From positions 182-64,181 of the forward strand of contig JASLFU010000039.1 in NCBI GenBank assembly GCA_030150405.1: DNA of 64,000 nt. The letters are read 5' to 3'. Source of the stretch: Ignatzschineria sp. (GTDB taxonomy: Bacteria > Pseudomonadota > Gammaproteobacteria > Cardiobacteriales > Wohlfahrtiimonadaceae). The notes below the pieces were generated by a model that made no database searches, was not told where the DNA came from, and was given only the letters and a program-made list of their open reading frames with translations. The position numbers were made by a program, and so were the translations under genes. Shown piece by piece: positions 32,620 through 44,817 of this stretch; the stretch's first letter is position 1; every line of letters begins with the position of its first letter.

Positions 32620-33904
32620 TATTTGCTCCCTCAACCATACTTCTCCCATGCTCAATATAGTATTTGAACTCTTCTGGGAAATGTTTAATAAAGCTTAAAA
32701 CTGGAGCTGCAGCCGCATCCCCAAGTGCACAGATTGTGCGCCCTTCAATATTTTTTGAGACATGTACTAAACGCTCAAGATCCTCTGGCTTACCTTCACC
32801 ATCTAAAATTCGGCTAACAATACGGTAGATCCAGCCTGTTCCTTCACGGCAAGGCGTACATTGCCCGCAGGATTCACTAAAGTAGAAGCTTGAGAGAGTC
32901 TTTAGCGCTTTTACCATGTCGGTGGTCTCATCCATCACGATAACAGCGCCCGATCCCATCATCGAACCTGCCTCTTTCGCAATAGAGTCATAATCCATAT
33001 TTGTGCGCATCATGACATCACCGGGTACAACCGGTACAGAAGAGCCTCCCGGAATCACCGCTTTAATTTTGCGCCCTTTCCAGATTCCCCCAGCAAGCTC
33101 TAAAAGGTCCTTAAATGGCGTGCCCATCGGAATCTCATAGTTACCGGGCTTGGCTACGTGCCCCGAAACAGAGAAGATCTTTTGCCCGCCAGCTCCAGGA
33201 ATCCCATGATTTTGAAACCATTCAGAGCCGTTACGAATAATGCGCCCTACTGAAGCAAGCGATTCACAGTTATTAATGGTGGTTGGTTTACCATAAAGCC
33301 CCACTGCCGCAGGGAAAGGGGGTTTGAAGCGTGGCTGCCCCTTTTTACCTTCAAGCGACTCCAAAAGCGCAGTCTCTTCACCACAAATATAAGCGCCCGC
33401 CCCTAAAGCTCCATAAAGTTCTACAGAGATACCAGAGCCTTGAATATTCTCTCCTAAGAGCCCCGCATCGCGCGCCTCTTGTACAGCCGCCTCAAAGCGA
33501 TGAAAAGGCTCTCCACTAAATTCGCCACGCATATAGTTATAACCGACTTTAGCGCCAATAGCGTAAGCAGCAATGGCCATTCCTTCCACAAGAGCGTGGG
33601 GGTTATAACGCAAAATATCTCTATCTTTACAGGTGCCGGGCTCTGATTCATCCGAATTACAGACAAGGTAGCTTGTGCCATCTTCATTTTTAGGCATAAA
33701 GCTCCACTTCACACCCGTTGGGAACCCTGCGCCCCCTCGACCACGAAGCTCGGAGGCTTTCACCATCTCGATCACCTCGTCTTTGCTGAGCTCCCCTCGA
33801 AGAATCTTTCTCCATCCCTCATAGCCCCCTAAGCTCTCATAGGTCTTAAGCGACCATGGCTCATCGTGCCCTAAGGTGAAATAACAAACTTCATTTCTAA
33901 CCAT
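32612..33904 (-). CDS. nuoF: NADH-quinone oxidoreductase subunit F
   Basis: [37 protein letters not shown]. Confidence 0.98.
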   Translation of the reverse strand: MVRNEVCYFTLGHDEPWSLKTYESLGGYEGWRKILRGELSKDEVIEMVKASELRGRGGAGFPTGVKWSFMPKNEDGTSYLVCNSDESEPGTCKDRDILRYNPHALVEGMAIAAYAIGAKVGYNYMRGEFSGEPFHRFEAAVQEARDAGLLGENIQGSGISVELYGALGAGAYICGEETALLESLEGKKGQPRFKPPFPAAVGLYGKPTTINNCESLASVGRIIRNGSEWFQNHGIPGAGGQKIFSVSGHVAKPGNYEIPMGTPFKDLLELAGGIWKGRKIKAVIPGGSSVPVVPGDVMMRTNMDYDSIAKEAGSMMGSGAVIVMDETTDMVKALKTLSSFYFSESCGQCTPCREGTGWIYRIVSRILDGEGKPEDLERLVHVSKNIEGRTICALGDAAAAPVLSFIKHFPEEFKYYIEHGRSMVEGANND

Positions 33905-34420
33905 TTAGTTTGCCTCTTTTTCTTTCGCTTCAATACTATCGAGAATCGCATCGAGCTTTTCGATGGTGAGATTCTCGTGGTATTCATGATTAATCAATGC
34001 TGCTGGTGCGGCAGTACAAGCGGCGATACACTCATCCTCTTTCTTTAAAGAGAAGATGCCATCTGGAGTAGATTCTCCCGCCTTAATACCTAAGCGCTCC
34101 TCCACATGAGCTAAAAGCTCCTCCCCTCCCCGCAACATACAAGAGATATTAGTGCAGATAAGCAGCGCATTGCGCCCACAGGGCTTTGTTTCAAAGTTAG
34201 AGTAGAAGGATGCCACCTCATAGACCGCAATAGGAGGCAAAGAGAGGTAATCCGCAATAGCGTCCATTAGCTCTACGGTTAAATACCCTTCATTATCGTG
34301 CTGCACTTCTCTTAAGGCAGCGATCAAAGCCGATTGCTTTCTATCTTCCGGGAAACGGGCTAGCCAGCGATCAATCTCTGCTCTTGCGCGACTACTTAAA
34401 ATACTTTCTTTCTCTTTCAT
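33905..34420 (-). CDS. nuoE: NADH-quinone oxidoreductase subunit E
   Basis: EVASFY, CTNISC..ECIAAC [2Fe-2S] ligands. Confidence 0.95.
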   Translation of the reverse strand: MKEKESILSSRARAEIDRWLARFPEDRKQSALIAALREVQHDNEGYLTVELMDAIADYLSLPPIAVYEVASFYSNFETKPCGRNALLICTNISCMLRGGEELLAHVEERLGIKAGESTPDGIFSLKKEDECIAACTAAPAALINHEYHENLTIEKLDAILDSIEAKEKEAN

Positions 34421-34454
34421 CTTAGCTACTCAACAATCGTTTTATTCTTAAAAT

Positions 34455-35714
34455 TTAGCGGTCAATATCCCCGAAAACCATATCCTGCGTTCCTAAAATA
34501 GCCACAAGGTCCGATAACATATGACCTTTGGACATCTCTTGGGTTGCAGCGATATGGGCAAATCCTGGTGCACGGAGCTTCACACGATATGGCTTATTCG
34601 CTCCATCTGATACAAGATAAACACCAAATTCACCCTTCGGATGCTCCACAGCGGCATAAGCCTCCCCTTCGGGAACACAAAAGCCCTCTGTAAAGACCTT
34701 AAATTGCTGGATAAGCGCTTCCATATCCTCTTTTACATCTGCACGCTTAGGAATCGTCACCCGGCTATCCTCTGCCATAATCGGCCCATCATTCTCTCGA
34801 AGCCAAGCGATACACTGCTTCATAATACGGGCTGATTGGACCATCTCCTCTAAACGCACAAGGAACCGATCGTAACAATCCCCATTCGTACCTACCGGAA
34901 CATCAAACTCAAGCTGATCATATACGGAATAGGGTTGCGTCTTACGAAGATCCCACTCAACACCAGAGCCCCGTAACATAGGACCTGAAAAACCAAGCTC
35001 TAATGCTCGCTCAGCAGAAACAACGCCAATCCCCACTACACGTTGCTTCCAGATGCGGTTACCCACAAGAAGATCGCGATACTCCACCATATTCTCATTG
35101 ACGAAGCGATCACAAAAATCTTCTAAGAAATCTAATACATCCCCTTGGCGAGCAGCATTAATACGCTCAAGCTTCTTCTTCGAGCGGAATTTACTCGGCT
35201 GATATTGTGGCATCTGCTTAGGAAGCTCTTTCGCCACCCCACCCACACGATAGTAGAAAGGATGAACTCGCGCCCCCGTAATGGCTTCTTGTACGTCATA
35301 AAGCTCTTCACGGTCACGGAAGCAGTAGAGAAGCATCGCCATAGCTCCTAAGTCGTGCCCGTGTGCGCCGAGCCACATTAGGTGGTTCATGATGCGGGTC
35401 GCCTCATCGAGAAGCACTCGGATATATTGCGCACGAATGGGTACTTCAATCCCTAGCAACTTCTCCACAGCCAGCACAAATGCATGTTCGTTATTTAAGC
35501 AGGAGCAGTAATCCAAACGATCCATATAACCAATCGATTGGGTATATGGTTTGGCTTCCATAAGCTTTTCTGTGCCCCGATGGAGAAGTCCGATATGCAC
35601 ATCCGCCCGCTCAACCGTCTCCCCCTGAAGCTCAAGGATCATACGCATAACACCATGCGCAGCCGGATGTTGCGGACCAAAGTTTAGTGTGTAGTTTTCA
35701 ATATTTGTTGCCAT
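34455..35714 (-). CDS. nuoD: NADH-quinone oxidoreductase subunit D
   Basis: [29 protein letters not shown]. Confidence 0.98.
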   Translation of the reverse strand: MATNIENYTLNFGPQHPAAHGVMRMILELQGETVERADVHIGLLHRGTEKLMEAKPYTQSIGYMDRLDYCSCLNNEHAFVLAVEKLLGIEVPIRAQYIRVLLDEATRIMNHLMWLGAHGHDLGAMAMLLYCFRDREELYDVQEAITGARVHPFYYRVGGVAKELPKQMPQYQPSKFRSKKKLERINAARQGDVLDFLEDFCDRFVNENMVEYRDLLVGNRIWKQRVVGIGVVSAERALELGFSGPMLRGSGVEWDLRKTQPYSVYDQLEFDVPVGTNGDCYDRFLVRLEEMVQSARIMKQCIAWLRENDGPIMAEDSRVTIPKRADVKEDMEALIQQFKVFTEGFCVPEGEAYAAVEHPKGEFGVYLVSDGANKPYRVKLRAPGFAHIAATQEMSKGHMLSDLVAILGTQDMVFGDIDR

Positions 35715-35720
35715 CTCTCT

Positions 35721-36422
35721 CTACTTCCCCTTACGAATCATTTTTGGAATATTCACACGCGATTCGATCGTAACAGGCTGATACACAACCCGGCGAAGCT
35801 CCTCATCGTAGATCACCTCAACATTCCCCGTTAGTGGGAAATCTTTTCGTAACGGGTGACCGATAAAACCATAATCCGTTAAAATTCTGCGCAGATCAGG
35901 ATGATTTCTAAAACCGATGCCGAACATGTCAAAAACTTCACGCTCATACCAGTTCGCTCCATTCCAAATATCCACCACAGAATCCACCATCGGGATCACT
36001 CCTTCCCGCTCTCCATCGACATAACACTTCACACGCAAACGCGCATTAAAAGCGAAAGAGAGGAGGTGATACACCACTGCAAAACGCTCCGCCATTCCTT
36101 TATTGTGCATCGTCGCCTCGAGCTTATCGCCCGCTCTTCCTACCGAGTTTGGCAGCGCCCCGCGACTAAATCCGCTATTTGAAGCTTCCACATCCCACTC
36201 TGCCATGCCATAAGCAGCATAGTCTACCGCGGTGATATCGGTAACCTGTTCAAATTTAAGTTCGGGATGCTCACGAAGAGTTTTCATGGTGGAGTGGAGA
36301 TCATTGGGAGCGATCGTGATCGTTAGCTCATCATAAGCTAAGAGAGACTGGAGGATTTTATCGCCGAGAATACCTTCGAGCGATGAGAGGAGTTCTTTTG
36401 GATTTCGAATATACATAGACAT
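35721..36422 (-). CDS. nuoC: NADH-quinone oxidoreductase subunit C
   Basis: ANWYERE.FD.FGI.F..HPDLRRILTDYGF.GHPLRKDFPL. Confidence 0.97.
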   Translation of the reverse strand: MSMYIRNPKELLSSLEGILGDKILQSLLAYDELTITIAPNDLHSTMKTLREHPELKFEQVTDITAVDYAAYGMAEWDVEASNSGFSRGALPNSVGRAGDKLEATMHNKGMAERFAVVYHLLSFAFNARLRVKCYVDGEREGVIPMVDSVVDIWNGANWYEREVFDMFGIGFRNHPDLRRILTDYGFIGHPLRKDFPLTGNVEVIYDEELRRVVYQPVTIESRVNIPKMIRKGK

Positions 36423-36428
36423 AACTAT

Positions 36429-36914
36429 TTACCCTAATCTCGCAATGGTGCTGGTGCGTTTGATCTTATCGTGCAATCTAAAGATCCCATACATAAGAGC
36501 CTCTGCAGTAGGTGGACAACCGGGAACATAGACATCAACAGGAACAACACGATCAGAGCCTCGAACCACAGAATAGGAGTAGTGATAGTAGCCTCCCCCA
36601 TTTGCGCATGACCCCATGGAAATCACCCATTTCGGCTCTGGCATCTGGTCGTATACTTTGCGCAACGGCACTGCCATTTTATTGGTGAGCGTTCCAGCGA
36701 TGATCATCAGGTCAGACTGCCGCGGGGAGGCTCGGAATACTGCTCCTCCGAAACGGTCTAAGTCATAGCGGGCTGCCCCCATATGCATCATCTCTAAAGC
36801 ACAGCACGCTAATCCAAACGTTACAGGCCAGAGCGAACCGGTTCGCGCCCAATTGATTGCCGAGTCGAGCGTGGTGGTTACAAAACCCTCTTCTAATCTA
36901 CCTTCTAATCCCAT
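36429..36914 (-). CDS. nuoB: NADH-quinone oxidoreductase subunit B
   Basis: [27 protein letters not shown] 36914 overlaps the nuoA end. Confidence 0.97.
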   Translation of the reverse strand: MGLEGRLEEGFVTTTLDSAINWARTGSLWPVTFGLACCALEMMHMGAARYDLDRFGGAVFRASPRQSDLMIIAGTLTNKMAVPLRKVYDQMPEPKWVISMGSCANGGGYYHYSYSVVRGSDRVVPVDVYVPGCPPTAEALMYGIFRLHDKIKRTSTIARLG

Positions 36915-37258
36915 TCTAATGCCCCTTTCTTCCACTCATATGCAAAGCCAACGGTTAATAAAACAAGGAACAGCACCGCCGCTAAAATTCCGGGTAAGCC
37001 GATCATTTTTAAGGAGGTTGCCCAAGGTATGAGGAAGATTAATTCAAGATCGAAAACAATAAAGAGAATTGCAACAAGATAGAAGCGGACATCAAACTTC
37101 ATGCGAGCATCTTCAAATGCTTCAAATCCGCTCTCATAAGGAGATAGCTTTTCAGCGTTAGGCTTACTAGGGCTAAGAAAGTATCCGAGGACTACGAGGA
37201 TGCCAGCGAAGATGATGCTGAACCCCACAAAGACCGCAATAGGAAGATATTCCATCAT
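36905..37258 (-). CDS. nuoA: NADH-quinone oxidoreductase subunit A
   Basis: [33 protein letters not shown]; exact start uncertain. Confidence 0.95.
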   Translation of the reverse strand: MMEYLPIAVFVGFSIIFAGILVVLGYFLSPSKPNAEKLSPYESGFEAFEDARMKFDVRFYLVAILFIVFDLELIFLIPWATSLKMIGLPGILAAVLFLVLLTVGFAYEWKKGALEWD

Positions 37259-37443
37259 ACCTAATATTTCCTCCAAGGCTCTAATTTTATGATGATTATT
37301 TATGTGCGAGTTTTACCCCTAAACCTCGCAAATAAACCTTTGCGGCATACCTAGTGATAAAGTATGCTAACTGCCATATACTAATTGATTAAATAGTAAA
37401 GTTAAAGTCTAATTGTCAATTAATCTAACAACTGAGAAGCACG

Positions 37444-38640
37444 ATGCCAACTAAATTCTTCCTCAATCCTGATACTCAATTTATCAAATCTTTAGCAAAA
37501 AGTGAGCCCGAATTTCGTCTTTTAAGACAAAAACTTCACTCCATGCCAGAACTCTCTAGAGAGGAATTTAAAACGGCAGAGCTTATTGAGTCCCTCCTTC
37601 AATCTTGGGGTATTGAGACAGAAAGAATTTCTACTACAGGTGTGATCGGGGTCATTAAAAAAGGCTCTACGCCCGAAGCAAAATCTATCGGGTTGCGAGC
37701 AGATATTGATGCCCTGCCCATCACCGAGGCCAATGAGACCTCTTACGCCTCTCAAAACCCGGGTGTGATGCATGCTTGTGGTCACGACGGCCATACTACA
37801 ATGCTTCTACTTGCTGCAAAATACCTTGCATTAGAGGCTCAATTTAATGGCACTGTTGTGCTAATCTTCCAGCCCGACGAGGAGGATACTGCCGGCGCCC
37901 GAAGAATGATTGAAGATGGTCTATTTGAGAAATATCCTGTAGATAATGTCTTTGCGATTCATAACTTTCCCGGAGCACCTCAAGGCGAGGTACTGATTAA
38001 ACCAGGCCCGCAGATGGCGGGGACTTGTGCTATCGATATCACCGTGCACTCCCCTGGCGGTCATGCGGCTCATCCCTATCAAACTGTTGATAGCGTTTTA
38101 GTCGCCTCCCAGATCGTTGTTAGTCTGCAATCGATTGTAGCGCGCAATATCTCCGGGCTCGATTCGGCTGTGATTACGATTGGTGCGATCAATGGCGGCT
38201 CAGCTAACAACGTCATCCCTGATAAAGTGACCATGAAGGGGACGCTCCGCTATTTTGACCTCGATGTTCTCGCCACGGCAAAAAACCGAATTGAAGCGAT
38301 TGCCACAGGCATTGCCGAAAGTTATGGCGCTACCGCAACCGTCACCTTAACAGATGGTTACATTCCCACCATCAACCACGACAAAGAGACAATGCTCGCC
38401 ACCGAAACCATTCAGTCGATCATAAAACCAGAATATATTCGCCACGATAAAGTCCCCTCCATGGGCGCCGAGGATTTTGGCTTTATGCTCCACGAAAAGC
38501 CGGGGGCATATTTCTATATTGGCAATGATCGAGATGAAGAATTTGTCGGGCTGCATACTGCAGAGTATGATTTTAACGATGACAATATTCTGGTAGGTGG
38601 CGCTATTTGGGCGAAACTTGCTATCGACTATCTGCAATAA
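37444..38640 (+). CDS. M20 family amidohydrolase (hippurate hydrolase/Acy1-like)
   Basis: LRADIDALP, MHACGHDGH, FQPDEE, GGHAA.P, MGAEDF. Confidence 0.9.
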   Translation: MPTKFFLNPDTQFIKSLAKSEPEFRLLRQKLHSMPELSREEFKTAELIESLLQSWGIETERISTTGVIGVIKKGSTPEAKSIGLRADIDALPITEANETSYASQNPGVMHACGHDGHTTMLLLAAKYLALEAQFNGTVVLIFQPDEEDTAGARRMIEDGLFEKYPVDNVFAIHNFPGAPQGEVLIKPGPQMAGTCAIDITVHSPGGHAAHPYQTVDSVLVASQIVVSLQSIVARNISGLDSAVITIGAINGGSANNVIPDKVTMKGTLRYFDLDVLATAKNRIEAIATGIAESYGATATVTLTDGYIPTINHDKETMLATETIQSIIKPEYIRHDKVPSMGAEDFGFMLHEKPGAYFYIGNDRDEEFVGLHTAEYDFNDDNILVGGAIWAKLAIDYLQ

Positions 38641-38814
38641 CTCTTTAAAATTAAAACTCTTAAAAGCAGATATCGCACAGCTCTCTGAAGTCAATATAGA
38701 TAAAATGACGTTCAAAGAGAGCATAAAGAATATTGCAACCTATATTGAGCCAACACTGAGCCATTAAAATAGAGTTTTAGTTTTAAAAGAGCCAATATCC
38801 TTAACATTTAACGG

Positions 38815-38820
38815 TATAAT
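38815..38820 (+). promoter_or_regulatory. -10 box of proS, positioned for a leaderless transcript
   Basis: CGGTATAAT ends at 38820 and the ATG is at 38827; no SD-like sequence. Confidence 0.55.
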
Positions 38821-38826
38821 TTCATT

Positions 38827-40536
38827 ATGAAAACAACCCAATTCTTAATTTCTACCTTACGGGATACTCCCAATGATGCAGAGATCAAATCCCATCAATT
38901 AATGCTTCGCGCAGGTCTAATTAAGCGCGTAACTTCCGGTATTTACTCCTGGAGCCCTCTCGGCCTTCGGGTATTAAAAAAGACAGAGAATATCGTTCGT
39001 GAAGAGATGGATAGAGCGGGGGCTTTAGAGATGCTTATGCCTTCAGCTCAACCGGCTGAACTCTGGGAGGAATCTGGTCGCTGGGAGCAATTTGGCCCAG
39101 AACTTCTACGTTTTAAGGATCGCCACAACCGCGACTACTGCCTAGGCCCCACTCACGAAGAGGTCATTACCGATTTTGCCCGCACTGAGCTCAAAAGCTA
39201 TCGTCAATTACCGATCAATCTCTATCAGATTCAGTGGAAATTCCGTGATGAAATTCGCCCCCGCTTTGGCGTAATGCGCTCTCGGGAATTTTTAATGAAA
39301 GATGCCTACTCTTTCCATATCGATGCTGAGTCGCTCGATGAGACCTATAACAAAATGTATACCGCCTACTCTAATGTTCTCGATCGTTTAAAATTGGAGT
39401 ATCGCGCGGTATTTGCCGATTCTGGCGCTATTGGGGGCTCTAAATCACAGGAGTTCCATGTTATTACACAAGCAGGAGAAGATGCGATCGCTTACTCCAC
39501 AGAATCAGATTATGCCGCGAACGTTGAAGCTGCAGAGGCGATTGCTGTTGGGACTCGCGGGGAAGCTACACAGCCCCTTAAGAAAATTGAGACTCCCGGA
39601 GTGACCTCTATTGAAGATTTAGCAAAATTCCTTAACTCTCCTCCCGAGATGCATCTTAAGACGCTTATTCTCCATGGGAAGAAGGAGGGGGAGTTAATTG
39701 CAGTCTGCTTACGGGGTGACCATGAGTTAAACGAGGTTAAAGCAGAAAACTCAGGGCTCTTTGCGACCCCCTTAATCTTCGCTTCCGACGCAGAGATTGA
39801 GGAGACACTCAACACCACACCTGGATCTATCGGCCCTGTAGGGCTCTCAATTCCAGTGGTTTTTGACCGGCAAGCTGCACTTATGAGCAACTTTAGTTGT
39901 GGAGCTAATGAGCCTGGATTCCACTATATCGGCGTGAATATTGGCCGTGATTTAGAGGAACCCGAAGTGCTCGATCTCCGGGAGATTCAAGAAGGAGATC
40001 CTTCCCCCTGTGGTAAAGGGAAAATCGCCCTTGCCCGCGGTATTGAAGTGGGTCATATCTTCCAGCTCGGCGACCGTTACTCTAAAGCGATGAATGCCAC
40101 AGTACTTGATCAAAATGGAAAAGCGACAATTATGCAGATGGGCTGTTACGGCATTGGGGTTACCCGCATTGTTGCCGCAGCTATCGAGCAGCAAAATGAT
40201 GAAGCTGGCATCATCTGGCCCGAAGCGATTGCCCCCTTCACCCTCTCTATTATTCCGATGAATTATGGCAAATCGGAAGCTGTACGGGAAGCGGCTGATA
40301 AACTCTATACAGAACTTAAAGCGCTGGGCATTGATGTTCTCTTAGAAGATCGTAATATTCGACCTGGAGAAGCCTTTAGCGATCATGAGTTGATCGGTAT
40401 TCCCCATCGAGTAGTGATTGGAGATCGCAGCCTTAAAAATAACGAGGTGGAGTATAAAGGTCGCCAAGATAGCGAATCCACCATGGTCGATGCTGACGAG
40501 ATTCTTAATTTTATTAAAGAGAAGCTTGGCAAATAG
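38827..40536 (+). CDS. proS: Proline--tRNA ligase
   Basis: [40 protein letters not shown] editing domain, GCYGIG. Confidence 0.98.
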   Translation: MKTTQFLISTLRDTPNDAEIKSHQLMLRAGLIKRVTSGIYSWSPLGLRVLKKTENIVREEMDRAGALEMLMPSAQPAELWEESGRWEQFGPELLRFKDRHNRDYCLGPTHEEVITDFARTELKSYRQLPINLYQIQWKFRDEIRPRFGVMRSREFLMKDAYSFHIDAESLDETYNKMYTAYSNVLDRLKLEYRAVFADSGAIGGSKSQEFHVITQAGEDAIAYSTESDYAANVEAAEAIAVGTRGEATQPLKKIETPGVTSIEDLAKFLNSPPEMHLKTLILHGKKEGELIAVCLRGDHELNEVKAENSGLFATPLIFASDAEIEETLNTTPGSIGPVGLSIPVVFDRQAALMSNFSCGANEPGFHYIGVNIGRDLEEPEVLDLREIQEGDPSPCGKGKIALARGIEVGHIFQLGDRYSKAMNATVLDQNGKATIMQMGCYGIGVTRIVAAAIEQQNDEAGIIWPEAIAPFTLSIIPMNYGKSEAVREAADKLYTELKALGIDVLLEDRNIRPGEAFSDHELIGIPHRVVIGDRSLKNNEVEYKGRQDSESTMVDADEILNFIKEKLGK

Positions 40537-40589
40537 AGCTCAACCCTCTATAACAAAAACAAACAACGAGCTATTTAAACTGCTCACAA

Positions 40590-40622
40590 AAAGCCCCACA
40601 CTCTTAAAGAATGTGGGGCTTT
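40590..40622. terminator. Bidirectional terminator between convergent proS and tsaB
   Basis: AAAGCCCCACA..TGTGGGGCTTT. Confidence 0.8.
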
Positions 40623-40690
40623 CTCTTTTAGATCGTTTCCAATCACGCTTTAGAGCTTAATTGTAAATTTAATAATCTAAAAATCGCCTC

Positions 40691-41401
40691 TTAATTTTTA
40701 GCCGCTCTCAGCGCTGCCTGCTCCTCAAGCGTTAAGGCCACATTATGGCGAAGATAGATGGGCGAAACCTGATCAGCATAGAGCCCTAAACCCTTTTCAA
40801 GATCATCAATAGCCAGTAGCGCAACCTCCCCAGCCCGAGGATGTTTCTTATCCGCCACCTGATCGACACCGATAATGGCTGCCGACTCCTCATCCAGCAA
40901 CCAACCATCGCCCACGCCGATGATGCCCTCACCTTTGCCCTCATACTGCTCATAGAGCGCATCGAGCGAAGAGACCTGGTCGCCCTCTAAAATCTTGAGT
41001 TCCCCCTCTTCATCTAACGCATAGAGCCCCCAATAGACCTCCTGCATCTTAGCATCCATCATCGGCATCACTTTCGCCTCAGGATGCTCCTCGAGTACCG
41101 GGAGCGCAAGCGTAGCAAGGGTTGAGACCGGAACAATGGGAAGATCCAAGCCACTTCCTAATCCTTGTGCAAAACCGCAAGCTATCCGCAAGCCGGCAAA
41201 ACTTCCCGGACCTGCAGAAAAGGCTAAGCCATTAAGATCAGAAAACTCCAGCTCAGATTCTGCCATCACCTCTTTGATCATCGGCATTAAGATCTCGATA
41301 TGCTTTCGCGGGGCAATAGTGAGCCTTTCAACAATCTCACCATTAACATATACCGCCGCAGAACAGGCTTCTGTAGAAGCATCTAACGCTAATATCTTCA
41401 T
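40691..41401 (-). CDS. tsaB: tRNA threonylcarbamoyladenosine biosynthesis protein TsaB
   Basis: ILALDAST..CS, GPGSF.GLRI, DAKM.EVY, P.YLR. Confidence 0.93.
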   Translation of the reverse strand: MKILALDASTEACSAAVYVNGEIVERLTIAPRKHIEILMPMIKEVMAESELEFSDLNGLAFSAGPGSFAGLRIACGFAQGLGSGLDLPIVPVSTLATLALPVLEEHPEAKVMPMMDAKMQEVYWGLYALDEEGELKILEGDQVSSLDALYEQYEGKGEGIIGVGDGWLLDEESAAIIGVDQVADKKHPRAGEVALLAIDDLEKGLGLYADQVSPIYLRHNVALTLEEQAALRAAKN

Positions 41402-41402
41402 C

Positions 41403-41573
41403 TTATTTAACTAACGTGTACTCAATGCTGCAGTAAGGGCAAGTCACCTTTCCATCTTCCCCTGGTGTGAGGAATACCCGTGGATGAAAGCCCCAAGCTT
41501 CCACATCTTCCGGAGGACAACAGATCGGTAAATCCTGCTCTTTAACTTCTACCTTTTTTGTTTCAAGTGCCAT
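41403..41573 (-). CDS. Small zinc-finger protein (zf-CHCC family)
   Basis: C-P...W..HPRVFL....CPYC; AGGA before ATG 41573. Confidence 0.85.
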   Translation of the reverse strand: MALETKKVEVKEQDLPICCPPEDVEAWGFHPRVFLTPGEDGKVTCPYCSIEYTLVK

Positions 41574-41593
41574 AATGCGCTCCTTTCGATCCA

Positions 41594-43264
41594 CTAGCGG
41601 GAAATCGGCTTGTATTTAATACGTTGCGGGCGATCTGCATCATCCCCTAAACGGCGACGGCGATCGGCCTCATACTCCTCATAGTTACCTTCGAACCATT
41701 CTACATGAGAATTCCCTTCAAAAGCTAATATGTGGGTTGCGATTCGGTCTAAGAACCAGCGGTCATGGGAGATCACCACCACACAACCAGCAAAGGCTAA
41801 AATCGCATCTTCAAGCGCCCGAAGTGTCTCTACATCAAGATCGTTTGTCGGTTCGTCAAGCAGAATCACGTTGCCGCCCGAGCGTAACACCTTCGCTAAA
41901 TGGACACGATTTCGCTCCCCTCCAGAGAGATCTTTCACCAATTTCTGCTGATCTGATCCCTTAAAGTTAAAACGGCCACAGTAAGCCCGTGAAGGAGTCT
42001 CAAAGCTTCCTACCCGGATAATATCTTGCCCATCAGAGATCTCTTCCCACACTGTTTTATTAGGGTCGAGAGAATCGCGGCTTTGATCCACATACGCCAA
42101 TTTTACAGACTCACCCACACGGAAAGTACCCGCATCAGGCTCGAGCTGACCTGTCATGAGTTTAAAGAGGGTCGATTTACCCGCACCATTTGGACCAATC
42201 ACCCCAACAATTCCCCCTTTAGGCAGATTGAAGCTTAAATCTTCATAGAGGAGTTTATCGCCAAAAGCTTTCGCAACGCCTTCTGCCTCAATCACTAAAT
42301 CTCCTAAACGAGGACCGGGAGGAATATAGATCTCCATAGTCTCATTACGTTTCTGGAACTCTTGACTCTCAAGCTCCTCAAATCGGGCAAGACGCGCTTT
42401 CGATTTTGTTTGACGCCCCTTAACCCCTTGGCGAACCCACTCAAGCTCCTTTTTAATAGCTTTTGCACGAGACTCCTCTTGACGCGCCTCTTGTGCTAAA
42501 CGCTTATCTTTCTGTTCAAGCCAGCTAGAGTAGTTACCTTCCCAAGGGATACCATGCCCACGGTCGAGCTCTAAAATCCAGCCCGCCACATTATCTAAGA
42601 AGTAACGGTCATGCGTTACAGCAACAACCGTTCCGGGGTAATCGTGCAAGAAGCGCTCTAGCCACGCGACCGATTCTGCATCTAAGTGGTTGGTCGGCTC
42701 ATCTAAAAGGAGCATATCGGGCTTTGAGAGCAGTAACTTACAGAGCGCAACACGACGCTTTTCACCCCCGGAGAGTGTCACCACATCCCGATCCATCGGC
42801 GGTAAACGAAGCGCATCGGCAGCGATCTCAAGTTGACGATCTAAGTTATGGCCATCGGTACTGGCTAAAATCGCCTCAAGCTCTGCCTGGCGTGTAGCTA
42901 AAGCGTCAAAATCTGCATCGGGCTCTGCATATGCGGCATAAACTTTATCGAGCTCTGCTTGCGCCTCTTTAATAGGACCAAGCGCCTCCTCTAAGTTGCC
43001 ACGCACATCAAGCTCCTCATTTAATTGAGGCTCTTGCTCTAAATACCCAATTTTTGTACCCGGCTGAACACGGGCTTCCCCTTGGATATTGGTATCCACC
43101 CCCGCCATAATGCGCAAAAGTGTAGATTTACCTGCACCATTTAAACCCAATACCCCGATCTTCGCCCCTGGGAAAAATGAGATAGAGATATCTTTTAAGA
43201 TCTCGCGATTGGGCGGTACGACCTTACTCACACGATTCATCGTGTAGATAAATTGTCCTGACAT
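41594..43264 (-). CDS. ettA: Energy-dependent translational throttle ABC-F protein
   Basis: Two ABC domains; [26 protein letters not shown]-terminus. Confidence 0.96.
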   Translation of the reverse strand: MSGQFIYTMNRVSKVVPPNREILKDISISFFPGAKIGVLGLNGAGKSTLLRIMAGVDTNIQGEARVQPGTKIGYLEQEPQLNEELDVRGNLEEALGPIKEAQAELDKVYAAYAEPDADFDALATRQAELEAILASTDGHNLDRQLEIAADALRLPPMDRDVVTLSGGEKRRVALCKLLLSKPDMLLLDEPTNHLDAESVAWLERFLHDYPGTVVAVTHDRYFLDNVAGWILELDRGHGIPWEGNYSSWLEQKDKRLAQEARQEESRAKAIKKELEWVRQGVKGRQTKSKARLARFEELESQEFQKRNETMEIYIPPGPRLGDLVIEAEGVAKAFGDKLLYEDLSFNLPKGGIVGVIGPNGAGKSTLFKLMTGQLEPDAGTFRVGESVKLAYVDQSRDSLDPNKTVWEEISDGQDIIRVGSFETPSRAYCGRFNFKGSDQQKLVKDLSGGERNRVHLAKVLRSGGNVILLDEPTNDLDVETLRALEDAILAFAGCVVVISHDRWFLDRIATHILAFEGNSHVEWFEGNYEEYEADRRRRLGDDADRPQRIKYKPISR

Positions 43265-43565
43265 GCTAACCTTATTCCTTTACCGTAAACGTTATGGGGC
43301 AGAGCAGCTTACTACCCTGCACTGCTTTGTTAATTTTATCCGTTGTTTTTTTATAACATCTGTTAGATCGCTCCTGCTCACAATTTTCGCCCCCGCTTTT
43401 TTAAAGACTAAAAGCAAAAAAGAGGCAAACGTGCCCATAGCGATCAAAATCCTTCTCTATTCTACCCTATCCCAAGGCAAATTAGGCAAGGCTTTCGATA
43501 TTTTCCTCCCCCCTTAAGCGCTTTCTTTAGCCCATTTTACACACAGCGAAGCTTTGCTCCTTTCT

Positions 43566-43607
43566 TTGATACTTATCACCCCCTAAGTGATAAAAGCTGC
43601 GCATAAT
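43566..43607 (+). promoter_or_regulatory. Candidate class II FNR-dependent promoter
   Basis: TTGAT-ACTT-ATCAC (43566-43579, one mismatch to TTGAT-N4-ATCAA), centred 41.5 bp upstream of the start predicted from CATAAT 43602-43607. Confidence 0.45.
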
Positions 43608-43848
43608 AGCTGACAACTCTTTACAGACAATAGACGAAGAGCGTTTTTCTTCCCTCTTTTGATCCCATTTAAAGTCAGCTTCGAGCTCTCTTGAATCTCT
43701 CTTTAAAGCGTATGATGTAAATTGCGCAAAAATGGGGGAAAAGAGTATAAAGCGGAGCTTAAATGGCTTATCATATCCTCCAAAATAGCGGTTTTTAAAT
43801 CATAAATTCCACATCAAGAATGGAATATTTTCGGAGGAGAAAGGAACT

Positions 43849-44817
43849 ATGGCATACCAAATCACATTAAAAAAACAGGGCGATATCTCTAATCTTGTTA
43901 AAGAAGCACTCACCCTTCCTGCACCCAAGGCCCATGAGGTCACCTTAGAGCAAAGAGCGATCGGGCTAAACTTTATCGATATCTATCATCGAGATGGGCT
44001 CTATAAGCTCGATACCCCATTAGTGATCGGCCAAGAGGGTGCTGGCGTTGTAACGGCTGTGGGCAGTGAGATCTCCCATTTAAAAGTTGGCGATCGGGTA
44101 GTCTATGCCGGAGTAATGGGGGCTTATGCCTCCCATCGCAATATGACAACAGAGCGTCTTATTAAAATTCCGGAGAAGATCTCCTTTGAGGAAGCCGCCT
44201 CCTCTCTCCTTCGTGGGGGAACGGCAAGCTATCTTCTATTTGATACCTTTCCACTAAAACCTGAGCATACCGCCCTTATTCATGCGGGTGCAGGCGGCGT
44301 GGGGCAGATATTAATTCAATGGGCCAAGGCTCTTGGCGCAACAGTGATCACCACCGTTGGAAATGATGAAAAAGCTAGAGTGGTAGAGGCTCTCGGGGCT
44401 GATTTAGTGATCAATTACAACAGAGAAGATTTTGCCCAAAAAGTGCGTGATTTTGCGCCTCAAGGGGTCGATGTTGTGTATGACGGGGTTGGAAAAGAGA
44501 CCTTTATGGGCTCTCTCGATTCACTAAAACCCTTAGGAATGATGGTCAGCTACGGTAACGCTTCGGGCGCTCCTCCTGAGGTCTCCCCCCTTACCTTATT
44601 AGAAAAAGGCGCACTCTTTTTAACGCGCCCTAATCTCAACAGCTATACCGCCACCCCTGAGCGCTATACCCTAGTTATGGAACGCTGGCTGCAAGCGCTC
44701 AATAGTGGCAAAATTAAACTCTCTTTACAGCAACAATTCCCACTTGAAGAGGTGGGCAAGGCGCATACCGCCCTTAATAACCGAGAGGTGATCGGCTCTG
44801 TTGTCCTAATTCCGTAA
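43849..44817 (+). CDS. qor: NADPH:quinone oxidoreductase (zeta-crystallin/MDR family)
   Basis: AIGLNFID.Y.R.G.Y, HAGAGGVG, VYDGVGK, YGNASG, LFLTRP. Confidence 0.9.
   Translation: MAYQITLKKQGDISNLVKEALTLPAPKAHEVTLEQRAIGLNFIDIYHRDGLYKLDTPLVIGQEGAGVVTAVGSEISHLKVGDRVVYAGVMGAYASHRNMTTERLIKIPEKISFEEAASSLLRGGTASYLLFDTFPLKPEHTALIHAGAGGVGQILIQWAKALGATVITTVGNDEKARVVEALGADLVINYNREDFAQKVRDFAPQGVDVVYDGVGKETFMGSLDSLKPLGMMVSYGNASGAPPEVSPLTLLEKGALFLTRPNLNSYTATPERYTLVMERWLQALNSGKIKLSLQQQFPLEEVGKAHTALNNREVIGSVVLIP

Noticed and set aside
37277..37443. tRNA gene often found upstream of nuoA
   Set aside because: No cloverleaf, T-loop GTTCGA or CCA end visible
43263..43517. 84-aa + strand ORF in the ettA-qor intergenic region
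   Set aside because: No RBS or recognisable domain; overlaps the ettA start and promoter region
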